A stretch of 58,590 bases of DNA from Gemmatimonadaceae bacterium (lineage in GTDB: Bacteria; Gemmatimonadota; Gemmatimonadetes; Gemmatimonadales; Gemmatimonadaceae), in assembly GCA_036556765.1 (NCBI GenBank), contig DATBIU010000008.1, positions 1 through 58,590 of the forward strand, given 5' to 3'. Position numbers and translations under genes: made by a program. Positions 17,383 through 26,813 of this stretch are shown in pieces (positions within the stretch are counted from its first letter, which is position 1; the number at the start of each line of letters is the position of its first letter). Under the pieces are notes generated by a model, which did not search any database, was not told where the DNA came from, and saw only the letters and a program-made list of their open reading frames with translations.

Positions 17383-18408
17383 TCAGGGTTTTCTCGCCTT
17401 ACCCGACTCGCCGCCGCGCTCCGGCGCGGGCTTCGTCACCGGCTCGGCCCGCTCAGTGCCCTGGCTGCTTCCGGCGTTCTCGGCGGTCGAGGATGCGCCG
17501 CCATTCGACGACGCGCCCCGCGACGAGGCATCCCGCGATCCCGACGAGCGGCGGTCGCCGCTGTACTGGATTTCGCCGGAACGACCGTGCGTTACGGCGC
17601 GAGTCCGCCGCGGCGGCAGCGCGCCCGGTTCCGCGCGACGGCGTTTGTCCGTTGGCGCGCTGAGCTCCACGCCATCGCGCTCGCCACCCCGGCGCGGCGT
17701 GCGTGGCCCTTTCAGCTCGGCGTCCTTCGGAGGCTCCTTCGGCTCGGCCGTGACGACGGCGAGCCGCGTGTCACCGGGGCATCCGTAGTACGGGTAGCTC
17801 GACGGGACCTCGATCACGCGGCCGTTCGCACACCGCACGAGCCGGTACGAGACGACCCGGGGCATCTGCGGCTGGGGCCAGTCGACGAACAGATCCGTCG
17901 CCCAATCCTCATCCGACTGCATCGGGACGACGGTCTCGGTGAGGCGGTCGATCACGTCGTACGGGCGGTACGACGCGTACATCTGGCCGAGGACGCGACG
18001 GGTGGCACCTAACGACGACTGGAGCCGCGCCAGATTGAGCGGAGCCGTCGAGGCCACGGCGTAGTAATAGCGAGGCTGGTAGCTCGCGTGGCCAAACGCA
18101 TCGGTGTGGTAGAACATCCGCCCCGGCTGCAGCGTGAGGTCGGCGTAGTGCGCGTCGGAGGCCACGGCGTCCTGGCGTGTGGACGGGTAGACCATCGTGG
18201 CGCCGCGACCGGGAACGATCTCGAACATCGCGACGTGCGCTTCGCGATTCGTGAAGATCGGGTGCATCCGGCTACTGCCGACCGGGTAGCCGATCCACAC
18301 CTGCAACGGTGGAGGGCCTGCGGGCGCTGCGCCCTGCACAGGCGGCATGGATGCGCAGCCCGCCAGTGCGATAGCGCCGATGCAGAGCGTGACCGAGCGT
18401 GTGCGCAT
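17383..18408 (-). CDS. Hypothetical lipoprotein with a basic, low-complexity C-terminus
   Basis: AAGGAGG sits 5 nt upstream of the ATG at 18408. The lipobox is IALAGC. Confidence 0.65.
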   Translation of the reverse strand: MRTRSVTLCIGAIALAGCASMPPVQGAAPAGPPPLQVWIGYPVGSSRMHPIFTNREAHVAMFEIVPGRGATMVYPSTRQDAVASDAHYADLTLQPGRMFYHTDAFGHASYQPRYYYAVASTAPLNLARLQSSLGATRRVLGQMYASYRPYDVIDRLTETVVPMQSDEDWATDLFVDWPQPQMPRVVSYRLVRCANGRVIEVPSSYPYYGCPGDTRLAVVTAEPKEPPKDAELKGPRTPRRGGERDGVELSAPTDKRRRAEPGALPPRRTRAVTHGRSGEIQYSGDRRSSGSRDASSRGASSNGGASSTAENAGSSQGTERAEPVTKPAPERGGESGKARKP

Positions 18409-18538
18409 GCCAACCTCCTTCATGATCCGCGGCGATCGTGCCGAATTGTATACAAAGTCGGTGCCGATCCCGAGATGCGCAAGCCCGTGGTCGCAGGCAC
18501 GGGGAACCGCCACGGACGGTCGTAGAGAGCCGCAAAGG

Positions 18539-19525
18539 TCAAAAAGCGTTAGAAGCCTCGCGATCCTTCTCCTTCACCCCTCGCACGAACGCCTCCTCCG
18601 TCTGCTTGCGCTCCTCCCCCCAGATCACGAGGAGAGCCATGATCCCGTAGATCGGCAGGTGACCGACCAGCTCACGCCATCCCAGAAATGGTAGCGTGAG
18701 GTTGAACGGCACCCAGAGGATGAGCGTCATCAGCCGCACGAACGCGCCGGAGATGAGCAGGAGCCCGAACGTCAGCTCGACGGTGCCGGCGATGAGGATG
18801 AAATCCGCATTGCTGATGCCGGCGAAGCCGATCGCCGGGAAGAAGTTGAGCGGGTAGCGCTCGAGGAACTCCACGCCCATCGGGACGTTCCACAGCTTCT
18901 CGGTGAAGGCGAGCGTGACGATGCCGATCCCCGTCAGCACGCGCAGCAGCGGGACGGCACGAGGCACCAGCCGCTCGATCGGACGGTGCAGACGCTTGAG
19001 CGTCATGTCGAGCGCCGCCGGGCCGCGTCCCATGACGAACATGAAGAACGCGACTCCGAGAAACAGCGCGTGCTCGAGCAGAAGCAGCGGCCCGAACCAC
19101 AGGGCGCCAAGGAGCCAGATCAGGGCGAGGAGCGCCGCGCCGACGCGCGTCGCCGCCCCGTACAGAAAGCTCAACGCGATGACGATCTCGGCCAGCGCGA
19201 TCAGTCCGCCAAGGAAGTGGTAGGGGAGGGGGAGATTCGGCACGAACAGCTGCAGCTGCACGCCGGCCACCAGCAGCGGCACCGCCGTGTGGAGACCGAA
19301 CACGAGCGGCATCCAGGAGAGCAACCGCTGGTAGCTCTCCCAGTCCATCCCGAGCTGTAGCGGGCCGGGGATGATGTCCCGCCGTCCCCGCCATCGCCAC
19401 GCGAGGATCGCCACGCCCGTGGCCGCGAGCGCGATGGCGAGCGGCACCGCCGTCTGCGCCGTGAATACGCTCGAGAAGTCGACGGGATGCTGGCGCGAGA
19501 CGAACCAGCGTTCGTGAAGGACCAT
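18539..19525 (-). CDS. Polytopic membrane protein (possibly DoxX-like)
   Basis: About 8 hydrophobic helices. The family call is tentative. Confidence 0.6.
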   Translation of the reverse strand: MVLHERWFVSRQHPVDFSSVFTAQTAVPLAIALAATGVAILAWRWRGRRDIIPGPLQLGMDWESYQRLLSWMPLVFGLHTAVPLLVAGVQLQLFVPNLPLPYHFLGGLIALAEIVIALSFLYGAATRVGAALLALIWLLGALWFGPLLLLEHALFLGVAFFMFVMGRGPAALDMTLKRLHRPIERLVPRAVPLLRVLTGIGIVTLAFTEKLWNVPMGVEFLERYPLNFFPAIGFAGISNADFILIAGTVELTFGLLLISGAFVRLMTLILWVPFNLTLPFLGWRELVGHLPIYGIMALLVIWGEERKQTEEAFVRGVKEKDREASNAF

Positions 19526-19526
19526 A

Positions 19527-19634
19527 GGGGCTCAAGGTGCTCGAGGTAGTCGAGGTGCTCAAGGTGCTCGACGTGCTCGAGGGAAAGCACCCGCACCCTC
19601 GAGTACCTCGAGCACCCTGAGCACCTCGAGCACC
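19527..19634. repeat. Class-4 tandem-repeat hairpin, 9-nt units (GGTGCTCGA / TCGAGCACC)
   Basis: Left arm is ggggctcaaggtgctcgaggtagtcgaggtgctcaaggtgctcgacgtgctcgaggg. Right arm is ccctcgagtacctcgagcaccctgagcacctcgagcacc. Confidence 0.9.
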
Positions 19635-19636
19635 TT

Positions 19637-20221
19637 TTACGCCACCGGCTGCCTCAAGATGGTCCTCAGCTTCTCTGCCTCGATCCGGCGAGGGTCCGAG
19701 AGGTAGATCTCATGATGGCGCCCCTTGAACGACAGTCCCTGCTGCTTCGCGAAGGCGCGCATCCGGGCGATGGTCGTCTGCTCCGCGGTATAGGGACCGA
19801 CGTGCAGTACCTGCACGCACCTGCCCTCGTCGAGCGTCTCGAGCGTCACATGCGAGACCACCTCGTCCTTGTCACGCTCCAGCAGTCGCGCGATCGCCTC
19901 GGCGAGATGCTTCTTCGTGATGAACTCGGGGATGCGGATGAGAAGCTGCCAGGTCCACTCCACCGAGCTGCCGTCCTTCCACCACAGTCCCTCGAGCTTG
20001 GAGACGGCATAATCGGAGCCCGCCGCCTTGCTCGCCATCTTGATGGTGAACGAGACGTTGTAGAGCGCACCCACCGCCGCCGTGAACTCGGGCCCGCCCG
20101 GCCGACCGTGCCCGGTGATCGCGAGATATCGCGCTGGGCCGACTTCCACGAGCGCGGGCTCGCGCGGAGCGACGTACTCGTCGCGGTGTTCAGCGTAGAG
20201 GTCGAGCTTGGCAGGGGCCAT
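19637..20221 (-). CDS. GyrI-like small-molecule-binding domain protein
   Basis: Contains LEGLWW and HHEIYLSDPRRIEAEKLRTILRQPV. Start at MAPAKLD (ATG ending at 20221). Confidence 0.7.
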   Translation of the reverse strand: MAPAKLDLYAEHRDEYVAPREPALVEVGPARYLAITGHGRPGGPEFTAAVGALYNVSFTIKMASKAAGSDYAVSKLEGLWWKDGSSVEWTWQLLIRIPEFITKKHLAEAIARLLERDKDEVVSHVTLETLDEGRCVQVLHVGPYTAEQTTIARMRAFAKQQGLSFKGRHHEIYLSDPRRIEAEKLRTILRQPVA

Positions 20222-20302
20222 GGTTCGGCACCTCAACAAGAAGGAGGAACAAGAACAGAGGAAGCGGTTGCTCAGAGCCACGGGCTCCAGGCAAACGTGG
20301 TT

Positions 20303-20337
20303 TCCTCAGTCCTCAGCACTCATTCCTCGTTCGTCGT
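20303..20337. repeat. Class-5-like tandem repeat, C-rich arm only
   Basis: Units tcctcag tcctcag cactcat tcctcgt tcgtcgt lie in the divergent region 20222-20411. Confidence 0.55.
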
Positions 20338-20411
20338 CACCTATTCTCGCGCGACTCCACTCGCCACGCTAGAATCTGAGCTTCGCACCCCATCCCCGCG
20401 AGGTAACCGCC

Positions 20412-21374
20412 ATGTCCGCCCTGCGTGTCCCCGTCGTCGCCTTCGCCGCCCTTACTCTCGTCACCGGCTGCGCGCGGGACGAGACCGAAGCCACCGGCGA
20501 CAGTGCCGCCGGCGTTGCCGCTCCGGCCGAGTTCGCCCGCGCCGCCAGCATCCAGGGCGGGTTCAAGACCCCAGAGTCCGTGCGGTTCGACCCAATCGAC
20601 GATGTGTACTTCGTCTCGAACATCAATGGGTCCCCGGATCAGAAGGACAACAACGGATTCATCTCGCGCGTGCGCGCCGAAGGCGGAGAGATCGATTCGC
20701 TGATGTTCATCGCCGGCGGCCGGGGGGGCGCCACGCTCCACGCGCCGAAGGGGCTCGCGATAACCGGAGACACCCTGTGGGTCACCGACATCGACGCCGT
20801 GCGCGCATTCGACAAGAGGACCGGCAGCCCCATCGCGTCCTATCCCGTTCGAGGCGCGGTGTTCCTCAACGACATCGTGCCCGGCCCCGACGGGGCGCTT
20901 TACATCACGGACACCGGCGTTCGGTTCACCGACTCGGGGGTCTCACATCCCGGTCCCGACCGCATTTTCAAGCTCACTCGCGCCGGAGAGATATCAACCG
21001 CTTTCCAGTTCAAGCCGGCCATCGGCCCGAACGGCATCGCGTGGGACGACGCCAAGCAGCAGTTCATCGTTGGGGCCTTCGCCGAGAACCAGATCGTGGC
21101 GTGGAAGCCCGGTGATTCGACCACCACGACCCTCGCCACCGGCAAGGGTCAGTTCGATGGCATCGAGCGGCTCGCCGACGGCCGTGTGCTCGTCTCGACG
21201 TGGACCGACTCGAGCATCTACGTCCTCGACGGCTCCGCCCTCGTCCGCGCCGTTCCAGGCGTCCCCAGCCCGGCGGACATTGGCGTGGACACCAGGCGCA
21301 ATCGCGTCGCTATACCGATCTTCGGGGGAGATCGCGTGGAGCTGTTCGCGATCCCGGCCAAGGACGGAATGTGA
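20412..21374 (+). CDS. Beta-propeller lipoprotein (SMP-30/gluconolactonase/LRE- or NHL-like)
   Basis: Lipobox LVTGC. Repeated blade motifs include LWVTDID, LYITDTG and VLVSTW. Confidence 0.6.
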   Translation: MSALRVPVVAFAALTLVTGCARDETEATGDSAAGVAAPAEFARAASIQGGFKTPESVRFDPIDDVYFVSNINGSPDQKDNNGFISRVRAEGGEIDSLMFIAGGRGGATLHAPKGLAITGDTLWVTDIDAVRAFDKRTGSPIASYPVRGAVFLNDIVPGPDGALYITDTGVRFTDSGVSHPGPDRIFKLTRAGEISTAFQFKPAIGPNGIAWDDAKQQFIVGAFAENQIVAWKPGDSTTTTLATGKGQFDGIERLADGRVLVSTWTDSSIYVLDGSALVRAVPGVPSPADIGVDTRRNRVAIPIFGGDRVELFAIPAKDGM

Positions 21375-23848
21375 TCAGGCACCGGCTCGCGCTCGCCGCG
21401 GCGGCGCTCGTCACCGCCTCGGCGTGCGCGCGGAGCGCCGAGCAACCGCAGGCTGCCGACGATGCGCGTCGCCTGCCGACGGGCGTGCGCCTCGACCCGG
21501 CCGGGCGGAGCGTCGACGTGGGGTCCATGCCGCTGGCGATGACGCTCTCGCCGGACGGTCGCCACGTCGTGCTCCTGCTCAACGGCTGGCGCGAGCAGGG
21601 GCTGCAGGTTCTGGATCGTGCGACCGGGGCGGTCGTCCAGACGGTGCCGCAAAAAGCCGCGTTCATCGGTCTGGCGTTCTCACCGCGCGCGAACGTGCTG
21701 TTCGTCTCCGGCGGCAACCAGGACGTCGTCTACGGCTACGACTGGAGCAACGGTCGCGCGACTCTTCGCGACTCGGTGATCCTGGCGCGGAAGCCGGACC
21801 CACGTCGCTCCGGAACGCGCTACCCCGCCGGTCTCGCGGTGTCGCCCGACGGCACTCGCCTCTACGTCGCCGAAAACCTCGCTGATTCGCTGGTGGTGAT
21901 CGACCTCGGCTCGGGTGCCATCGTCTCGCGCCACGCGACGGAGCGATACCCGTACGGTGTCGCGGTGGCGCCTAACGGCGAGGTGTACGTGTCGGCCTGG
22001 GGCGGGCATACGGTGTCGGTCTTCACACCCAACGAGCACGGCGGGCTCGACGACGGCGGCCGCATTCGCGTCGGCCGGCATCCGTCCGCGCTCGCGCTCA
22101 ACGCCGATGGCTCGCGTCTCTTCGTCGCGTCGGGCAGCACCGATCGCATCGCGGTGGTCGACACGCGCGCGAAGCGTCTCGTGAAGCATCTCGATGACCC
22201 GCCGCCCGAGGGTCCCGCCGAGGGGAGCACGCCGAACGCGCTGGCGCTCTCGGCCGACGGCAAGCGGTTGTTCGTCGCCGAGGCCGACGCGAACGCCGTG
22301 GGCATCTTCGATCTGTCGGCGGTGGCGTCGAACGACACGACCGCTCGCGGTGACGACCAGCTCGCCGGGCGCATCCCAGTCGGCTGGTATCCGACGGCGC
22401 TCGCGCTCGCCGGCGACACGCTCTGGGTGGTGAACGGCAAGGGACACGGCACGTCACCCAACCCGGACTACCCGCATCCGGGCACCGGCACGCACCTCTC
22501 GCGTCCGACATCGTACACCCTCGGCCAGCTCTCCGGCACGGTGACGATCCTGCCCAACGCCGGAGTGCGCGGCCGCGACCTCGACCAGTTCAGCGAGCGG
22601 GTGGCGCGCGCGAACAACTGGACCTCGAGACGTCCGCCCACGTCGCCGTATCCACCGATCGAGCACGTCATATACATCATCAAGGAGAACCGCACCTACG
22701 ATCAGGTGCTCGCCGACCTGCCGCAGGCGGACGGCGACACGTCGCTGCTCTTCTTCCCGCGATCGGTCTCGCCCAACCATCACGCGCTGGCCGAGCGATT
22801 CGGCATCTACGACCGGTTCTTCGTCAACGCGGAGGTGAGCCCCGACGGTCACAACTGGTCGGTCGCCGCATATACCACCGACTACCTCCAGAAGACGGTT
22901 CCGTCGAACTACTCGGATCGCGGTCGTACCTACGACTATGAGGGCACGAACCGCTGCACCAGCCAGCCATGCGAGGTGCCGGAGGATGACGTGGCCGAGC
23001 CGGCGAGTGGGTACCTGTGGGATCTGGCGCAGCGCGCCGGGATCACGTTCAGGAACTACGGCGAGTTCGTCATCCCGGAAGGCATCGATCCCGAGTCGCG
23101 GATGCCGGCCGGGTACAAGGGGAGCAAGCCATTCCTCGCCGCGAACACCAACCGCGAGTTTCCCGGCTACGACCTCAATATCACCGATCAGCGTCGCGCC
23201 GATGTGTTTCTCGCCGAGTTCGCGCAATTCGTCCGCGACGGGCGGATGCCGCGGCTGATCGTGCTGCGGCTACCTAACGACCATACGGCGGGCGCCCGCG
23301 CCAACGCGCCGACGCCGCGCGCCTACATGGCGGACAACGATCTGGCGCTGGGGCGCATCGTCGAGGCGATCTCGCGGTCACGGTTCTGGCGCAGCACGGC
23401 GATCTTCGTCGTCGAGGATGACGCGCAGAACGGCCCCGACCACGTCGACTCGCACCGCACGCCGTTCTTCCTGATCTCCCCCTGGGCGCGGCCGGGGGTG
23501 CACCATCGCTTTACGAATACCACCGACGTCGTCGCGACGATGGAGGAGATCCTCGGGCTCGGCTCGTTGTCGCAGTTCGACTACTACGGCCGTCCGCTGC
23601 GCGACGTCTGGACGGAGTCCCCGGACATCGCACCCTATCGCGCGCTGACGCCGGCCGTTTCGCTCGATGAGCGCAACCCGGCGCAGGGTCGCGGTGCCCG
23701 CGAATCGGAGCGGCTGGATCTGGCGTTCGAGGACATCGCCGACGAGGACCTGTTCAACCAGATTCTGTGGCGGGCGATCAAGGGGGAGCACGTTCCTTAC
23801 CCGGGCCCCACGCGGATGTCGGCATTGGAGTGGAAGCGAGCGAAATGA
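21371..23848 (+). CDS. Fusion of a YncE-like beta-propeller with a phosphoesterase (PLC/AcpA-type) domain
   Basis: GTGA overlap with the previous gene. The N-terminal half has propeller repeats (LSPDG.., VSPDG.., LNADGSRLFVA, LSADGKRLFVA). The C-terminal half has EHVIYIIKENRTYDQV and VEDDAQNGPDHVDSHRT. Confidence 0.8.
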   Translation: MIRHRLALAAAALVTASACARSAEQPQAADDARRLPTGVRLDPAGRSVDVGSMPLAMTLSPDGRHVVLLLNGWREQGLQVLDRATGAVVQTVPQKAAFIGLAFSPRANVLFVSGGNQDVVYGYDWSNGRATLRDSVILARKPDPRRSGTRYPAGLAVSPDGTRLYVAENLADSLVVIDLGSGAIVSRHATERYPYGVAVAPNGEVYVSAWGGHTVSVFTPNEHGGLDDGGRIRVGRHPSALALNADGSRLFVASGSTDRIAVVDTRAKRLVKHLDDPPPEGPAEGSTPNALALSADGKRLFVAEADANAVGIFDLSAVASNDTTARGDDQLAGRIPVGWYPTALALAGDTLWVVNGKGHGTSPNPDYPHPGTGTHLSRPTSYTLGQLSGTVTILPNAGVRGRDLDQFSERVARANNWTSRRPPTSPYPPIEHVIYIIKENRTYDQVLADLPQADGDTSLLFFPRSVSPNHHALAERFGIYDRFFVNAEVSPDGHNWSVAAYTTDYLQKTVPSNYSDRGRTYDYEGTNRCTSQPCEVPEDDVAEPASGYLWDLAQRAGITFRNYGEFVIPEGIDPESRMPAGYKGSKPFLAANTNREFPGYDLNITDQRRADVFLAEFAQFVRDGRMPRLIVLRLPNDHTAGARANAPTPRAYMADNDLALGRIVEAISRSRFWRSTAIFVVEDDAQNGPDHVDSHRTPFFLISPWARPGVHHRFTNTTDVVATMEEILGLGSLSQFDYYGRPLRDVWTESPDIAPYRALTPAVSLDERNPAQGRGARESERLDLAFEDIADEDLFNQILWRAIKGEHVPYPGPTRMSALEWKRAK

Positions 23849-23894
23849 GTGCTCAGGGTGCTCAGGGTGCTCAGGGTGCTCAGGGTGCTCAGGG
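23849..23894. repeat. Class-4-like 9-nt array (GTGCTCAGG x5), G-rich arm
   Basis: Five near-perfect units start directly after the stop at 23848. They are inverted relative to the array at 24226-24298. Confidence 0.9.
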
Positions 23895-23980
23895 GCTAAC
23901 CCAGTCGCGTTACGCGCCGTAAGATTTTGGTTCTTCGGGGAATGCGGGATTGCCTGACGTCAGCTGCGGTCCGCAAGCGG

Positions 23981-24179
23981 CCACGAACAGCTGAACTGCT
24001 AAACGGCCCCGAATGACAACACGAATTACGCGAATGGCGTCCGTGCGCGTCGAACTCGGCTCTCCAGGAACCACCACTGTGTCGTTGGGCTCGCGCGGGG
24101 GCGGTTGCACCGCGCCGAGAGCGATTCGGGCAATTCGTGTTTGTCATTCGGGTGATTTGGCAGTTCGGCTGTCCGTGGC
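23981..24179. other. Rod-like imperfect inverted repeat of about 47 bp per arm; candidate MITE or structured sRNA
   Basis: The arm gccacgaacagctgaactgctaaacggccccgaatgacaacacgaatt (23981-24027) faces aattcgtgtttgtcattcgggtgatttggcagttcggctgtccgtggc (24132-24179). Inner pairing continues with cgaactcggc / gccgag..ttcg. Local GC is lower than the surroundings. Confidence 0.6.
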
Positions 24180-24225
24180 CCGACACCGCGATCTTTCCCG
24201 GGAATCCCCGATGAGCCAGAATGTT

Positions 24226-24298
24226 TCGAGCACCTCGAGCACTTCGAGCACTTCGAGCACCTCGAGCACCCCGAGCACCCCGAGCACCCCGAGCACCC
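24226..24298. repeat. Class-4 9-nt array (CGAGCACYY x8), C-rich arm
   Basis: The sequence tcgagcacctcgagcacttcgagcacttcgagcacctcgagcaccccgagcaccccgagcaccccgagcaccc ends 15 nt upstream of the start at 24314. Confidence 0.9.
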
Positions 24299-24313
24299 TA
24301 ACCAGAGGCCGCA

Positions 24314-25993
24314 ATGCAGACTCCGCAGTATGACGCGATCGTCGTGGGATCGGGCATCTCCGGCGGATGGGCCGCCAAGGAGCTGACCGAGAAAGGGCTG
24401 CGCGTCCTGCTGCTCGAGCGGGGGCGCAACGTCGAGCACGTCAAGGACTACGTCAACGCCACGAAAGGACCGTGGGAGTATCCCCACCGCGGCGGCCGCA
24501 CGCGGGCGATGGAAGAGGCGTATCCCGTCCTCAAGCGCGACTACCCGCTCAACGAGAAGAACCTCGAGTTCTGGGCGTCCGACAAGGATTCGCCGTACAC
24601 CGAGGTCAAGCGCTTCGACTGGTTCCGCGGCTATCAGGTTGGTGGGCGGTCGCTCATGTGGGGGCGGCAGAGCTACCGGTGGAGCGATTTCGACTTCGAG
24701 GCGAACGCGAAGGAGGGCATCGCGATCGATTGGCCCGTCCGGTACGCCGAGCTCGCGCCATGGTACGATCACGTGGAGCGGCATGCCGGGATCTCGGGAT
24801 CACGCGAGCGAATGCCGCAGCTTCCCGACGGACAATTCCAGCCGGCCATCCCGCTCAACTGTGCGGAGGAGGTCGTCGCCGGTCGTCTCGCCAAGCTGTT
24901 CGATGGACGGCGCCGCCTCATCCCCGGGCGGTGCGCGAATGCGACGCAGCCGCTGCCGGGACGACAGGCGTGTCAGTACCGGGATGCCTGCTGGCTCGGG
25001 TGCCCGTACGGCGGCTACTTCAGCACGCAGTCGTCGACGCTGCCGGCGGCCGTCAAGACCGGGCGCCTAACGCTCAAGCCCTTCTCGATCGTCAGCGAGG
25101 TGATCTACGATCGGGACCGCAAGCGGGCGACGGGCGTGCGGGTGCTCGACGCGGTGAGCAACGAGACCGTCGACTACACCGCGCGCGTGGTCTTCCTCTG
25201 CGCGTCGGCCCTCAACTCGACCTGGCTTCTCATGCGCTCGGCCACCGACGTGTGGCCCGGCGGGCTGGGGAGCAGCTCGGGAGAGCTCGGCCACAATCTG
25301 ATGGATCACCACTTCCGCGCCGGCGCCGAGGGGGAGATCGAGGGGCTGGACGACAAGTACGTGTATGGGCGTCGGCCCACCGGGTTCTACATCCCGCGGT
25401 ATCGCAATCTCTTTGGCGAGAAGCGGCCCTACCTGCGCGGATTCGGCTATCAGGGTGGTGCCGATCGCGCGGGCTGGTGGCGAGCGGTGTCGGAGCTGGG
25501 GGTCGGCGGCGCGTTCAAGGACCGGATGGCGCAGCCGGGCGGTTGGGGGATCGGCGCCACGGCGTTCGGCGAGATGCTGCCTAACCACGCCAACCAGGTT
25601 TCCATCGACACGACGAAGACCGACAAGTGGGGGATGCCGGTGCTCAAGATCGACTGCGCCACTGGCGAGAACGAGCGCCTCATGCGGCGGGACATGATCG
25701 CCGACATGGCCGAAATGCTCGAGCAGACGGGCGTGAAGAACGTGAGGACGTTCGACAACGAGTACTTCCCGGGGATGGGAATCCACGAGATGGGGACGGC
25801 TCGGATGGGCCGGGACCCGAAGACGTCGGTGCTCAACAAGTGGAACCAGGTGTGGGATGCGCCGAACGTGTTCGTGACCGACGGCGCCTGCATGGTGTCG
25901 GCCGCCTGTCAGAATCCGTCGCTGACGTACATGGCGCTCACCGCCCGGGCCGCGGATCACGCCGTGAGTGAGCTCAACAGTCGCAACCTCTGA
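24314..25993 (+). CDS. GMC-family FAD oxidoreductase (large subunit)
   Basis: Contains YDAIVVGSGISGGWAAKEL (GxGxxG). Length is typical of the family, and it is paired with a Tat-signal small subunit. Confidence 0.85.
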   Translation: MQTPQYDAIVVGSGISGGWAAKELTEKGLRVLLLERGRNVEHVKDYVNATKGPWEYPHRGGRTRAMEEAYPVLKRDYPLNEKNLEFWASDKDSPYTEVKRFDWFRGYQVGGRSLMWGRQSYRWSDFDFEANAKEGIAIDWPVRYAELAPWYDHVERHAGISGSRERMPQLPDGQFQPAIPLNCAEEVVAGRLAKLFDGRRRLIPGRCANATQPLPGRQACQYRDACWLGCPYGGYFSTQSSTLPAAVKTGRLTLKPFSIVSEVIYDRDRKRATGVRVLDAVSNETVDYTARVVFLCASALNSTWLLMRSATDVWPGGLGSSSGELGHNLMDHHFRAGAEGEIEGLDDKYVYGRRPTGFYIPRYRNLFGEKRPYLRGFGYQGGADRAGWWRAVSELGVGGAFKDRMAQPGGWGIGATAFGEMLPNHANQVSIDTTKTDKWGMPVLKIDCATGENERLMRRDMIADMAEMLEQTGVKNVRTFDNEYFPGMGIHEMGTARMGRDPKTSVLNKWNQVWDAPNVFVTDGACMVSAACQNPSLTYMALTARAADHAVSELNSRNL

Positions 25994-26006
25994 GGGAGTC
26001 ACGTCG

Positions 26007-26714
26007 ATGACTGACCACGAAGACACGCGCCGCGGGATCCATCGCCGCGAGGCCATCCGCCGAGTTGGCCTGATGCTCGGCGGCATCTCCTTCGTCGGCG
26101 GGACGGCGCTGCTGACTGCCTGTGAGCGCGAGCGTCCGGCGGCGGGCGCGTCGCGCATCGGCGAGTTCACCGCCGACGACATCGCTTTCCTGGACGAGGT
26201 GGCGGACACGATGCTCCCGGAGACGAGCACGCCCGGGGCGAAGGCGGCGCGGACGGGCGCGTTCATGGCGCTCATGGTGACGGATACCTATGAGCCGAAG
26301 GACCAGCAGGTCTTCCGCGAGGGGATGCGCAAGCTGAACGAGGCCAGCCGGCAGGCGAACAACACGGACTTCATGTCGGCGACGCCGCAGCAGCGGCTCG
26401 CGCTCCTCGAGACGCTCGATCGCGAGCAGAAGACCTACACCGACGCGCGCGACGCCGCTCGTCGCGAGCAGCGGCCGACCGCCGAGGAGCACTTGCCCGA
26501 TCAGCGGCAGGAGGCCGCACCGGGGACTCCGACGACGATCACCGCCGACGCGCCGGCCCACTACTTCCGGATGATGAAGGAGCTGGCGCTGCTCGGGTAC
26601 TTCACGTCGGAGATCGGCTACACGCAGGCGCAGCGGTACGTCGAGTCGCCGGGGCGGTTCGACCCCTGCGTGCCGTATACGCCTGGCGAGAAGGCCTGGG
26701 CGCCGCATGCCTGA
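26007..26714 (+). CDS. Gluconate 2-dehydrogenase subunit-3-like small subunit with a Tat signal
   Basis: Twin-arginine region TRRGIHRREAIRRVGLMLGG followed by LLTAC. Start at the ATG at 26007. Confidence 0.7.
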   Translation: MTDHEDTRRGIHRREAIRRVGLMLGGISFVGGTALLTACERERPAAGASRIGEFTADDIAFLDEVADTMLPETSTPGAKAARTGAFMALMVTDTYEPKDQQVFREGMRKLNEASRQANNTDFMSATPQQRLALLETLDREQKTYTDARDAARREQRPTAEEHLPDQRQEAAPGTPTTITADAPAHYFRMMKELALLGYFTSEIGYTQAQRYVESPGRFDPCVPYTPGEKAWAPHA

Positions 26715-26723
26715 GTGAAACCC

Positions 26724-26812
26724 GGTGGGCGAGGTCGTCGAAGTGATCGAGGTGGTCGAGGCGCATCCCCTCGAGCACCTCGAGCACCTTGACTCCCTCG
26801 AGCACCTCGACG
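26724..26812. repeat. Class-4 tandem-repeat hairpin, 9-nt units
   Basis: ggtgggcgaggtcgtcgaagtgatcgaggtggtcgaggc faces cccctcgagcacctcgagcaccttgactccctcgagcacctcgacg. It lies between co-directional genes and ends 2 nt before the ATG at 26814. Confidence 0.85.
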
Positions 26813-26813
26813 C

